From assembly GCA_009692155.1 (NCBI GenBank), contig SHZW01000009.1, positions 12,272 to 76,271 on the forward strand: 64,000 bases of DNA, given 5' to 3'. Both the position numbers and the translations under genes were made by a program. This DNA is from Nitrospiraceae bacterium (GTDB lineage Bacteria > Nitrospirota > Nitrospiria > Nitrospirales > Nitrospiraceae). How positions within the stretch are numbered: position 1 is the stretch's first letter; each line of letters begins with the position of its first letter. The notes under the pieces are model-generated. The model searched no databases and was not told where the DNA came from. It worked only from the letters and a program-made list of their open reading frames with translations. Shown here one piece after another: positions 18,974 through 29,145 of the stretch.

Positions 18974-20439
18974 CGGGGATTCACCAACTCACCCTCGCAG
19001 ACCTCCAGAAGAAATTCACCGCCGGTGAGGTGACCGCGCGCGATATCGTGCAGGCCTACACCCTCCGTATTAATCAGGTCGAGCCGAAGGTCAAAGCCTA
19101 CATCACGCAGACCAAGGATGCGGCGATGGCGCAGGCCGATGCGCTGGACGAGAAGCTCAAGGGCTGGCGCCGCACCATGCCGCTCACGGGCATGCCGGTC
19201 GCCATCAAGGACAATATCTGCACGGAGCACGTTCCGACGACCTGTGCTTCGCGCATCCTCGGCAACTTCGTCCCGCCCTACGATGCGACCGTGATCGCGC
19301 GACTGCGCGGCCAGGATTATCTCCTGCTCGGCAAGACGAACCTGGATGAGTTTGCAATGGGCTCCTCGACGGAGAACTCCGCTTTCGGGCCGAGCCGGAA
19401 TCCCTGGAACATCAGCCATGTGCCGGGAGGGTCGAGCGGCGGCTCCGCGGCAGCGGTGGCGGCGGACGAATGCGTGGCGGCCCTGGGCTCGGATACCGGA
19501 GGGTCCATCCGGCAGCCGGCTGCGCTCTGCGGCGTGGTGGGATTAAAGCCGACCTATGGGCGTGTCTCGCGATTCGGCCTCATCTCATTCGCGTCGTCGC
19601 TCGATCAGATCGGTCCGATCACCAAAGACGTGACCGATGCCGCGATTATGCTGAACGTGATCGCCGCTCACGACCCGCTCGATTCCACGTCCGCAAACCT
19701 GCCGGTGTCGGACTATACGAAGGCGCTCAAAAAAAAGGACCTGAAAAAACTAAAAATAGGCGTGCCGGAGGAATTTTTTGCGGCCGGGATTGATCCGGAA
19801 GTCGAACAGGCTGTGCGGGCGGCGATCGGCGAACTCAAAAATTTGGGCGGGGAGATCAAGGAAGTCAGTCTGCCCACGACGGACTATGCGGTCGCCATCT
19901 ACTATCTGGTTGCCACGGCCGAGGCCAGTTCGAATCTCGCGCGCTATGACGGCGTCAAATACGGCCTGCGCACGAAGCAGACGAAAGACCTGCTGGACAT
20001 GTATGTGAAGACCCGGCAGGAGGGGTTCGGGCCGGAGGTGAAGCGGCGGATCATGCTCGGTACCTACGCGCTGAGCGCCGGCTACTACGATGCGTATTAC
20101 GGCAAGGCCCAGGCGGCGCGTACGATGACGAAAAATGATTTTGACGAGGCGTTTAAAGAGGTGGACCTGATCGTCACGCCGGTGACGCCCACGCCGGCGT
20201 TCAAGCTCGGCGAGAAGAGCGAAGATCCGTTGCAGATGTATTTGTCGGATATTTTCACGATTTCCGTAAACCTGGCCGGTTTGCCGGCGATTTCGATTCC
20301 CTGCGGGTTCAGCAAGGCGGGGCTGCCGATCGGATTGCAGATCATTGGGCGGCCGTTTGAAGAAGAAACGATTCTCCGGGCTGCGCACGCGTACGAGCAG
20401 GCAACGGATTGGCGCGCGAAGAAGCCGAATCTACGGTGA
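18970..20439 (+). CDS. gatA: Asp/Glu-tRNA amidotransferase subunit A
   Basis: Amidase signature [29 protein letters not shown] overlap with panD. Confidence 0.95.
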   Translation: MTGIHQLTLADLQKKFTAGEVTARDIVQAYTLRINQVEPKVKAYITQTKDAAMAQADALDEKLKGWRRTMPLTGMPVAIKDNICTEHVPTTCASRILGNFVPPYDATVIARLRGQDYLLLGKTNLDEFAMGSSTENSAFGPSRNPWNISHVPGGSSGGSAAAVAADECVAALGSDTGGSIRQPAALCGVVGLKPTYGRVSRFGLISFASSLDQIGPITKDVTDAAIMLNVIAAHDPLDSTSANLPVSDYTKALKKKDLKKLKIGVPEEFFAAGIDPEVEQAVRAAIGELKNLGGEIKEVSLPTTDYAVAIYYLVATAEASSNLARYDGVKYGLRTKQTKDLLDMYVKTRQEGFGPEVKRRIMLGTYALSAGYYDAYYGKAQAARTMTKNDFDEAFKEVDLIVTPVTPTPAFKLGEKSEDPLQMYLSDIFTISVNLAGLPAISIPCGFSKAGLPIGLQIIGRPFEEETILRAAHAYEQATDWRAKKPNLR

Positions 20440-20514
20440 AAGGTGAAAAGTAAAAAGTGAAAGGTTGCGGAGTGGAATTCGGCTGTCTGAACCTTTTACC
20501 TCTCACTTTTCACG
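20436..20514. repeat. GTGAAAG-heptamer hairpin element
   Basis: Left arm ggtgaaaggtgaaaagtaaaaagtgaaaggtt. Right arm gaaccttttacctctcacttttcacg. It starts at the gatA stop codon. Confidence 0.85.
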
Positions 20515-20529
20515 TTTAACGGAGGAATT

Positions 20530-20925
20530 ATGTCTTTAGTCGAAGTGGCCGCGTTGATCGTCGCGGCGGCCTTTGCCGCTCTGGTCGGGTTCATGGTGCC
20601 GGTGCTGCTGCAGGCCCGGAAGGCGGTGGCCGAGGTGGAGCAAAGCCTGGTTCGCATCAACACCGAGTTGCTGCCACTGCTGAAGGAGATGCGGGTTACG
20701 ATGGCCAATCTCAATGACCTGGTGGAGCAGGCGCGCGACGGTGTGGACCATGCGTCGGTCCTGCTGCATACGGCGGGAGACATCGGTGAATCGATACAGC
20801 AAGTTTATAACATGGTGCGCGGCACCGGCGGTTCGCTTTTGCGGAGCGTCGTGAATATGGTATTTGCCGGCATTCAGGCGGCGACCACTGCATTAGGCGG
20901 GCGGGCCAAGGGAAACGGGGGCTAG
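20530..20925 (+). CDS. DUF948-like membrane-anchored coiled-coil protein
   Basis: One N-terminal TM helix (VAALIVAAAFAALVGFMVPVLL) followed by a helical region. The family call is from memory of the pattern. Confidence 0.55.
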   Translation: MSLVEVAALIVAAAFAALVGFMVPVLLQARKAVAEVEQSLVRINTELLPLLKEMRVTMANLNDLVEQARDGVDHASVLLHTAGDIGESIQQVYNMVRGTGGSLLRSVVNMVFAGIQAATTALGGRAKGNGG

Positions 20926-20929
20926 TTCA

Positions 20930-21250
20930 ATGGCGGATGAAAAGGAATCGTCCAGCGCGACGGTCGTGCTCGCGTTTCTGACCGGTGCGGCCATCGGCGC
21001 GATCGCGGCGCTCGTGCTGGCTCCCCAGGCAGGCGAAGCGACGCAGCGGCAGGTGCGCGGCTACGCGAAGAAAGCCGGCAAAGGATTGCGGCGCGCGGCG
21101 GGCAAAGCGGAGGGTGTTTGGGGGAATGTGCTCGATCAGGGACGGGAGTTTCTGAAGGACAAGCAGCCGATTCTCGCCGAGGCATTCGAGGCAGGACGAA
21201 AAGCGATCAACCGCGAACGCGACCGGGCGACGGGGAAGAAGAGGAAATAG
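20930..21250 (+). CDS. YtxH-like protein
   Basis: [24 protein letters not shown] motif followed by a charged helix, typical of the YtxH family. Confidence 0.6.
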   Translation: MADEKESSSATVVLAFLTGAAIGAIAALVLAPQAGEATQRQVRGYAKKAGKGLRRAAGKAEGVWGNVLDQGREFLKDKQPILAEAFEAGRKAINRERDRATGKKRK

Positions 21251-22707
21251 TGGCAGCCTACGAAACCGTCATCGGACTTGAAGTCCACGCGCAGCTCAGG
21301 ACGCGGTCGAAAATGTTCTGCGCCTGCGGGACGGTCTTCGGCCTGCCGGCCAATACGCAGACCTGCCCGATCTGCCTGGGGATGCCGGGGACCCTGCCGG
21401 TGGTGAATAAGAAAGCCATTGAGATGGCGATTCAGGCCGGCTTGGCGCTGAATTGCACGGTCAATTCGAAGAACCGCTTCGCGCGCAAAAACTATTTCTA
21501 TCCGGACCTGCCCAAGGGCTATCAGATTTCGCAGTACGAGGCGCCGATCTGCGAGAACGGCTGGGTGGAAATCGTGGAGGGCAATCGCGCAAAGAAAATC
21601 CGCATCATGCGCGCGCATCTGGAGGAGGACGCCGGCAAGAACGTGCACGCGACAGGCACGGGCGGAAGCCGGGTGGATTTGAACCGGGCCGGGACGCCGC
21701 TGCTTGAAATTGTGACGGAACCGGACATGCGGTCGGCCGATGAAGTGGTCGCCTATCTCAAGATGTTGCGTGACGTCCTGGTCTATCTGGGCGTCTGCGA
21801 CGGCAACATGGAGGAGGGGAGTTTACGCTGCGAGCCGAATCTGTCGCTGCGGCCTGTCGGAAAAAAAGAATTCGGCACGAAAGTCGAGATGAAGAACATC
21901 AACTCCTTCAAGTTCGTGAAGGATGCCATCGAATATGAAGTCAAACGGCAGACGAAGGTCTTGAACGAAGGCGGCAGGATCCACCAGGAGACGAGACTGT
22001 GGGACGCGGATCGCGGCGAAACCGCGGTCATGCGCAGCAAGGAAGAGGCGCACGACTATCGCTATTTCCCCGACCCTGATTTGGTGCCGCTGGAAATCTC
22101 CGAGGAATGGATCGGTGAACTGAAAAAGACGTTACCGAAGCTGGCCACGGAGGTGCACAAGCAATTTATCAACGAATATGGATTGACGGACTATGCGGCC
22201 GGGGTGCTGACAGCGGATAAGACCATGGCGGAGTATTTCGTGCGTGCAACGGCAGCTGCAGTGGAGGCCGGTTTACCGAAAGCTGACGGCGCGCGTGAAA
22301 TTGCCAATTGGGCCACAGGGGATCTGCGAGCATTGCTGAATGAAAAGGGGATCGGTTTTGCGGATTGCCCTGTGAAGCCCGAGCAGCTTGCCGGATTGGT
22401 GATCAAAAAACACAAAGGCGAGATCAGCGGGCCGATTGCCAAGACTGTGCTGGCGGAGATGTTTAGCGCGGGCCGCAGCGCAGACGAAATCGTGAAGGCA
22501 AAAGGCCTGACCCAGGTCTCAGACGAAGGCGCATTGACGAAGATCATTGATGAGGTCATTGCGAAGAACCCGCAGCAGGTGGTGCAGTATAGGGGCGGGA
22601 AGGAAGCAGTGCTCGGGTTTCTCGTTGGGCAGGTCATAAAGGCCTCCGGCGGGAAGGCGAATCCTGGCAAGGTCAACGAGTTACTGAAGCGGAAGCTGGC
22701 GAGATGA
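21250..22707 (+). CDS. gatB: Asp/Glu-tRNA amidotransferase subunit B
   Basis: The GTG at 21250 overlaps the YtxH TAG by 1 nt. The protein starts [16 protein letters not shown] and has a YqeY-like C-terminal domain. The ORF-track start 21118 adds a non-homologous, Arg-rich extension. Confidence 0.95.
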   Translation: MAAYETVIGLEVHAQLRTRSKMFCACGTVFGLPANTQTCPICLGMPGTLPVVNKKAIEMAIQAGLALNCTVNSKNRFARKNYFYPDLPKGYQISQYEAPICENGWVEIVEGNRAKKIRIMRAHLEEDAGKNVHATGTGGSRVDLNRAGTPLLEIVTEPDMRSADEVVAYLKMLRDVLVYLGVCDGNMEEGSLRCEPNLSLRPVGKKEFGTKVEMKNINSFKFVKDAIEYEVKRQTKVLNEGGRIHQETRLWDADRGETAVMRSKEEAHDYRYFPDPDLVPLEISEEWIGELKKTLPKLATEVHKQFINEYGLTDYAAGVLTADKTMAEYFVRATAAAVEAGLPKADGAREIANWATGDLRALLNEKGIGFADCPVKPEQLAGLVIKKHKGEISGPIAKTVLAEMFSAGRSADEIVKAKGLTQVSDEGALTKIIDEVIAKNPQQVVQYRGGKEAVLGFLVGQVIKASGGKANPGKVNELLKRKLAR

Positions 22708-23066
22708 ATTTGATAAACGTCAGAGCTGTCTTGCTTGCGTTCCTTGTATTGATTGTGGCTTTGCTCGGTTTGACAGCGTGCCACTCTCGATCAAGTCTTG
22801 CTCTTGAACATAAAGACGCTGTGGTCGGAAAAACCCAACACGATCTTATTTCGTGTGCCGGAGTACCTATCCGTGAGTACAAAAGCCAGGAGGTTACATT
22901 TCTAACTTATATAACCATCGAAAGTGCCGGCGCTCGCTTCGATACTTGTGAGGCCACGGTTTCGCTAAGGGACGACAGAGTAGTTGATGCCAAATACAAA
23001 ACAACAGCCAGCCGTACGTATTTCGGAGATTGTGAGCCTATATTTCGTGGCTGTGCAAGCAGATAG
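22704..23066 (+). CDS. small Cys-containing lipoprotein (hypothetical), AT-richer than its neighbours
   Basis: Signal peptide plus lipobox LLGLTAC. ATGA overlap with the gatB stop. By eye its G+C is clearly lower than the flanks. Confidence 0.5.
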   Translation: MNLINVRAVLLAFLVLIVALLGLTACHSRSSLALEHKDAVVGKTQHDLISCAGVPIREYKSQEVTFLTYITIESAGARFDTCEATVSLRDDRVVDAKYKTTASRTYFGDCEPIFRGCASR

Positions 23067-24404
<1,338 letters not shown>

Positions 24405-24413
24405 GTGTGAAGC

Positions 24414-24761
24414 GTGATGATGCGCAGAAACCGCACGCACGACACGGTCAAGCGGCGCACGCGTCTCTTCGCGCGTGTGGCCATGCTGGCCGGCGGGGTG
24501 TTCGCAGTGACGCTCGGTGTCGCGTTCTTTTTCGGCGACATGGGCGTGTTCAAATATCTCAAGATGCGGGACCATTCCAGGCAGCTGGAGCAGGAGCTGA
24601 AAGATCTGGAGCGGACGAACACCGAGCTGAAGACGGAAATCCGGCGCACGCAGAACGATCCCATCAGGATCGAAGAGCTGGCCAGGGAACGGCTGGGCTT
24701 TGTGCGGCCGGGAGAGACGGTCTATCAAATCGTGAAAGACGCAAAAGGCAATCGGCAATAG
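24414..24761 (+). CDS. ftsB: septum formation initiator (FtsB/DivIC family)
   Basis: One TM helix, a coiled coil (QLEQELKDLERTNTELKTEI) and the ERLGFVRPGE motif. It is in the conserved position after eno. Confidence 0.75.
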   Translation: MMMRRNRTHDTVKRRTRLFARVAMLAGGVFAVTLGVAFFFGDMGVFKYLKMRDHSRQLEQELKDLERTNTELKTEIRRTQNDPIRIEELARERLGFVRPGETVYQIVKDAKGNRQ

Positions 24762-24817
24762 GCTATGGGTGGAATGTCGGAAACCTCAAGCAACCCTATA
24801 GCCCATCGCCCCTTGCC
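24745..24817. repeat. ATAGGCT/ATGGG-heptamer hairpin element (copy 1)
   Basis: Left arm aaggcaatcggcaataggctatgggtgg. Right arm ccctatagcccatcgccccttgcc. It lies in the ftsB-era spacer. Confidence 0.75.
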
Positions 24818-24838
24818 CAGTGTCTCTCCAAAGGAGTT

Positions 24839-25723
24839 ATGAAAACTGGCACTGTGACCATCGTCGGGCGTCCGAACGTCGGGAAGTCCACGCTGTTGAA
24901 TGCGCTACTGGGGGAGAAGATCGCCATTGTCTCTGATAAACCGCAGACGACCCGCACGCGCATTCTCGGCGTCGTGCACCGGCCGGACGCGCAGATCCTC
25001 GTACTGGACACGCCGGGCCTGCACAAGCCGCAGTACAAGCTCAACAGCCGCATGGTGCGCACGACGCTCGCCACGCTGGACGAAGCCGATGTGATTTACG
25101 TGATGGTCGAAGCGATCTGCCCGCCAGGTCCTGGTGACCGTCGTGTCATCGAGCAGGTGCGCGACGCGGTGAAGAACGACGTCCCCAAGGTATTTTTGCT
25201 CATCAATAAGGTGGATGCGGTCAACAAGGCCAGAGTGCTGCCGTTGATCGATGCCTACCGGACGATGCTGGATTGGGCGGAAGTCATTCCGCTGTCGGCG
25301 AGCACGGGGATCAACGTGGACCGGCTGCTGGATCTGACGATCAAGCTGTTGCCGGAAGGGCAGGCTCCGTACGGGGAGGATTTTTTGACCGATCAGCCCA
25401 TGCGCACGCTGGCGGCCGAATTAATCCGTGAGAAAATCCTGGATCAAACCCGCGAGGAAGTGCCCTATTCGGTGGCGGTGGCGATCGACAGTTTTGTGGA
25501 AGAAGGGAAGCTCGCCAGGATTGCCGCCACCGTGTTCGTCGAGAGGGACTCGCAGAAGGCCATTGTGGTCGGAAAGGGCGGGCAACGGCTCAAGGAGATC
25601 GGGACGGCTGCGCGTCTGGATATGGAGCGTTTGTTCGGGACGAAGGTGTTTCTGGAGTTGTGGGTCAAGGTCCAGGAAGGGTGGCGCGAGGATGAGCAGA
25701 CGCTCACGGAGCTCGGATATTAA
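24839..25723 (+). CDS. era: GTPase Era
   Basis: ATG 24839 follows AAGGAG. G1 motif is GRPNVGKSTL, and DTPG, NKVD and a KH domain are present. The ORF-track start 24407 overlaps ftsB and is rejected. Confidence 0.95.
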   Translation: MKTGTVTIVGRPNVGKSTLLNALLGEKIAIVSDKPQTTRTRILGVVHRPDAQILVLDTPGLHKPQYKLNSRMVRTTLATLDEADVIYVMVEAICPPGPGDRRVIEQVRDAVKNDVPKVFLLINKVDAVNKARVLPLIDAYRTMLDWAEVIPLSASTGINVDRLLDLTIKLLPEGQAPYGEDFLTDQPMRTLAAELIREKILDQTREEVPYSVAVAIDSFVEEGKLARIAATVFVERDSQKAIVVGKGGQRLKEIGTAARLDMERLFGTKVFLELWVKVQEGWREDEQTLTELGY

Positions 25724-25726
25724 GCC

Positions 25727-25807
25727 AGTCGAAAGTCATAAAGTCTAAAAGTCATCAAGTCAGAAGAAAAGACTTTACGACTTTAAGACGTTCAGACTTG
25801 AAAGACT
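25727..25807. repeat. AAGTC-octamer hairpin element (copy 2)
   Basis: agtcgaaagtcataaagtctaaaagtcatcaagtc ... gactttacgactttaagacgttcagacttgaaagact. It lies in the era-mgtE spacer. Confidence 0.9.
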
Positions 25808-25813
25808 GAAATC

Positions 25814-27256
25814 ATGCAACCGACGGATCGTCCAGTCCAGAGCGAACGCGACGCGGCACGCGAGCCCGTCAAGGACCCCGTTCGGGAGCAGCCGGACAGG
25901 GGACAGAGCAAGTTTGACCTGATGCTGGTGTCCTTCCAAAAGCTGCTGCGACGCGGAGCGATCACGAATCTCACCAAGATGCTGGGCAAGATGCATCCCG
26001 CCGACGCCGCCAAGATCATCGTCCACCTCTCTTCGCCAAAAGAAAAGCGCACGCTGTTCGAGTTGGTCAAGGGGGAGGGGCCAAGAGGGCAGGTGCTGAG
26101 CGAATTGGATGCCGACAGCATCCATCAGGTCCTCGCGGACGTACCCGCGCCGGACATCGCGTGGCTGTTGAAAGATCTCGCCAGCGACGACGTGACGTAC
26201 ATCATGGGCGTGTTGCCCGAGGCCCTGTCCAGGGAGATCCTCACGTTGATGAAGACGGAGGACTCCACGGAAATCGCCGAGCTGTTGAAGTATCCCAAGG
26301 ATACGGCCGGCAGCATCATGACGACGGAGTTTCTGTCGCTCTTTGAAGACACGACCGCCCAGGAAGCCATCCGTCGTTTGCAGCGCGCGACCGACGCCGA
26401 GCACGTTTTCTATATTTATATAACCGACAAGGACGAGCATCTGGTGGGCGTGCTGTCCTTGCGGCAGCTGTTGACGGTGCCGCCGGAGACGCCGCTCAAA
26501 AACATCATGACGCATGACGTGCTCAGCGTGTCCGTGGATATGGATCAGGAGGAAGTCGCCCGCCAGGTGGCGCGCTATAACCTGCTTGCGATTCCGGTCG
26601 TCGAAAAGGACAGCACGTTGGTCGGCATCATCACCGTGGACGACGTGGTGGACGTCATCCGTGAGGAAGCCACCGAGGACATGCTGAAATCGGCCGGCGT
26701 GACGGAGGAGGACGTACTGGCCTCGTCCAGTATGCGGGCAGCCCGCCTGCGCCTCCCGTGGCTCTTTACAAACCTGTTCGGCAGTCTTTTGTCCGGTGCC
26801 ATCCTTTGGCATTTCCGTTACACGATCCAGGAGGTGGTGGCCATTGTGACCTTCATCCCGGTCATTGCGGCCATGGGCGGCAATGTCGGCTTGCAATCCT
26901 CGACACTCATCATCCGCGGGTTGGCGACGGGCCGGATTGAGTTGGCGGACGTCTGGACCGTGTTCTTCCGTGAAATTCGGATTGGTCTGCTGCTGGGATT
27001 GGCCTGCGGCGCGTTGCTCACCCTTGTCGGATTGGCATGGCACAACCAGGGATTTTTGGGGATGGTCGTCGGGGTGTCGCTCCTGATCGCCTTTCTCATC
27101 TCGACCAGCATGGCCACGATCATGCCGGTCGTGCTCAAGCGGGTCGGCGTGGATCCTGCCGTGGCGGCCGGCCCCTTCGTGACCACGGCGAACGACATTA
27201 CCGGCATCAGCGTCTATCTCTCACTCTCCACGGCGCTGCTGGGATACCTGAAATAG
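25814..27256 (+). CDS. mgtE: magnesium transporter MgtE
   Basis: MgtE N-domain, two CBS domains, and a C-terminal TM domain with PFVTTANDITG. Confidence 0.9.
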   Translation: MQPTDRPVQSERDAAREPVKDPVREQPDRGQSKFDLMLVSFQKLLRRGAITNLTKMLGKMHPADAAKIIVHLSSPKEKRTLFELVKGEGPRGQVLSELDADSIHQVLADVPAPDIAWLLKDLASDDVTYIMGVLPEALSREILTLMKTEDSTEIAELLKYPKDTAGSIMTTEFLSLFEDTTAQEAIRRLQRATDAEHVFYIYITDKDEHLVGVLSLRQLLTVPPETPLKNIMTHDVLSVSVDMDQEEVARQVARYNLLAIPVVEKDSTLVGIITVDDVVDVIREEATEDMLKSAGVTEEDVLASSSMRAARLRLPWLFTNLFGSLLSGAILWHFRYTIQEVVAIVTFIPVIAAMGGNVGLQSSTLIIRGLATGRIELADVWTVFFREIRIGLLLGLACGALLTLVGLAWHNQGFLGMVVGVSLLIAFLISTSMATIMPVVLKRVGVDPAVAAGPFVTTANDITGISVYLSLSTALLGYLK

Positions 27257-27257
27257 A

Positions 27258-28019
27258 ATGTCGCTGCTCAAAACGCCAGCCATCGTCTTGAAAAGCCGCA
27301 AGTGGGGGGAGGCGGACCGGATCGTCACCTTCTACACGCTTCGGTTCGGCAAGCTGCGCGGGGTCGCGCGCGGCGCGCGCCGGCTCAGGAACCGGTTCGG
27401 CAGCGCACTCGAGCCGTTCGTCCACTGCGAACTCAATCTGTTCGAGAAACGCGGCGATTCGCTCTATCGCATCACCGGCTCGGACATCCTGGACTCCTTT
27501 GCCGGCTTGCGCGATGATCTGTCGAGGATGTCGTCGGCTGCCCGCATGGCCAATCTTGTCGGGGCCGTGACCGGGGAAGGCGATGCCCATCCCAGCATTT
27601 TCGAAACCCTGCTCAACGGCCTGCACGTGCTGCAGAGCGGCCATGATCCCGCACTGACAGCGCTGCTGTTCCAGATCAGGCTGTTGGGAGACACAGGATT
27701 CCGGCCGCAAACCGATCACTGCGCCACCTGCGGAGAAGGTCATGGACAGATGCTGTCCGGGCAGTTCTCGCCGCTTGCCGGCGGGCTGGTGTGCGGGTCC
27801 TGTGCCCGGCGCGATCGCGACCGGTGTCTGCCGATGTCGGCCGGCAGCCTGGCGTTTCTTCAACAGGCGCTTCGCTGGGCGCCGGCGACGGTGACTCGCC
27901 TGAAAGCCACCGGCCAAATCCGAAACGAACTCGAAGCTGCCGTCGAATCCTACGTGATGGTCGTTACCGGCAAACGCCTGCCGCCGGCAGATTTTTTGTC
28001 GAGCCTGCATTATTCATGA
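27258..28019 (+). CDS. recO: DNA repair protein RecO
   Basis: N-terminal OB fold MSLLKTPAIVLKSRKWGEADRIVTFYT, and a Zn motif CATCGE...CGSC. Confidence 0.85.
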   Translation: MSLLKTPAIVLKSRKWGEADRIVTFYTLRFGKLRGVARGARRLRNRFGSALEPFVHCELNLFEKRGDSLYRITGSDILDSFAGLRDDLSRMSSAARMANLVGAVTGEGDAHPSIFETLLNGLHVLQSGHDPALTALLFQIRLLGDTGFRPQTDHCATCGEGHGQMLSGQFSPLAGGLVCGSCARRDRDRCLPMSAGSLAFLQQALRWAPATVTRLKATGQIRNELEAAVESYVMVVTGKRLPPADFLSSLHYS

Positions 28020-28181
28020 CGGTTCGTGACGAAATCGGCGAGACTGCCCGCTGGCCGCGTGAAACTCGCGGCCAGGCTGGTCGTAGCAGCGTCCCGGCGA
28101 TTGCAGTAGCAGCGCTCATGAATCATGTGGGCCAAGGCGGCAATCTTGTGACTCTGCAACACGTGCAGTATAGTTGGGGCC

Positions 28182-28292
28182 ATGACGACGACCATCCGTG
28201 AACCCAAAGACATGAGGATTGAAGGCGGCGTGTGTGCGAACACCTTCTCTCAGAGCATCGGAGAAAATTCTTGGGAGCAAGTTTGCCTATGA
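28182..28292 (+). other. 36-codon upstream ORF that is a degenerate duplicate of the first codons of the downstream DUF971 gene
   Basis: Own translation: MTTTIREPKDMRIEGGVCANTFSQSIGENSWEQVCL. Its stop overlaps the downstream ATG (ATGA at 28289-28292). The N-terminus matches the downstream MTTTVLEPKDMEWIEKGV. Confidence 0.25.
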
Positions 28293-28645
28293 CAACCACA
28301 GTGCTTGAACCCAAAGACATGGAGTGGATCGAGAAGGGCGTGCTCGGGATCGAGTGGTCCGATGGGCACAAGGGCGTCTATCCGGTCCGCTACCTGCGCC
28401 AGCACTGTCCCTGCGCCGCCTGTACGGACGAATGGACCGGCGAACTCAAGCTCAAGTCCGACGACATTCCTATCTTTGTCGCGGTGCAGGACGTCGAGCC
28501 GGTTGGACGTTACGCACTGAAGTTCACCTTCAGCGACGGGCACGACACCGGCCTCTTTTCGTATACCTTTCTGCGGAAGCATTGCCAATGCGACGTGTGC
28601 GTGCCGGTCAAACCCATAGAACCGAAAGGACGCCGTCTCTTATAA
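28289..28645 (+). CDS. DUF971-family protein (gamma-butyrobetaine hydroxylase N-terminal-like)
   Basis: LGIEWSDGHKGVYPVRYLRQHCPCAAC and FSDGHDTGLFSYTFLRKHC repeats. Start ATG 28289 (MTTTVLEPKD). Confidence 0.7.
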   Translation: MTTTVLEPKDMEWIEKGVLGIEWSDGHKGVYPVRYLRQHCPCAACTDEWTGELKLKSDDIPIFVAVQDVEPVGRYALKFTFSDGHDTGLFSYTFLRKHCQCDVCVPVKPIEPKGRRLL

Positions 28646-28659
28646 AACTTGCCGGCACT

Positions 28660-29109
28660 ATGTCCCTACTCGTTGTTGCAGCGATTTTCTTTTCTGTGCT
28701 GGCCTGTTCCGGCCCCACGCTTGAACAACAAAAGGCGCAGATTCAGGATAACAAGATTCACTTCGAGGTATTGACGGTCCAGGCGTTTTTGGAGACGTGG
28801 GGGAAGCCGACCTACACGCACCGCGAGCGGATGCAGTTCTACACGCTGGATGACGGCAACAGCATTCCACGATTCCGGGCACCGATGGGCGAAGCTCCTC
28901 AAGGATGGACCACGGCGATCATTTCCGAGGACTCCACCTTCTTCGGTTATCCCGAGCGTGGCGAACTGCTTGGTTTTGTCGATGGCCGGCTGGTCTATCG
29001 CGAGCAGATACCGGCGGCGGAGATTCATTCGATCGCCAAGGCATGGGCCCACGAAGATCGTTTCAAGACACGTCTGGAAACGCCAAGCGCACCAATGCCT
29101 GCCAAGTGA
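28660..29109 (+). CDS. lipoprotein (hypothetical)
   Basis: MSLLVVAAIFFSVLAC lipobox. It lies within the longer ORF-track frame 28324..29109. Confidence 0.5.
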   Translation: MSLLVVAAIFFSVLACSGPTLEQQKAQIQDNKIHFEVLTVQAFLETWGKPTYTHRERMQFYTLDDGNSIPRFRAPMGEAPQGWTTAIISEDSTFFGYPERGELLGFVDGRLVYREQIPAAEIHSIAKAWAHEDRFKTRLETPSAPMPAK

Positions 29110-29145
29110 ACACATGGCCTCTCGCAGATCGTTCGTGAGCCGGTG

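Noticed and set aside
21118-21249. Upstream extension of gatB
   Set aside because: It overlaps the YtxH-like gene, and GatB homology begins at [13 protein letters not shown]. The GTG at 21250 is chosen as the start.
24407-24838. N-terminal 144-aa extension of the era ORF in the track
   Set aside because: It overlaps ftsB in another frame and is Arg/Ala/Gly-rich. A strong AAGGAG plus ATG at 24839 gives a normal-length Era beginning at the G1 motif.
25775-27043. 422-aa minus-strand ORF
   Set aside because: It lies antisense to mgtE, which has clear MgtE/CBS/TM homology. The product is Arg/His/Gly/Pro/Gln-rich low complexity, typical of shadow ORFs in GC-rich DNA.
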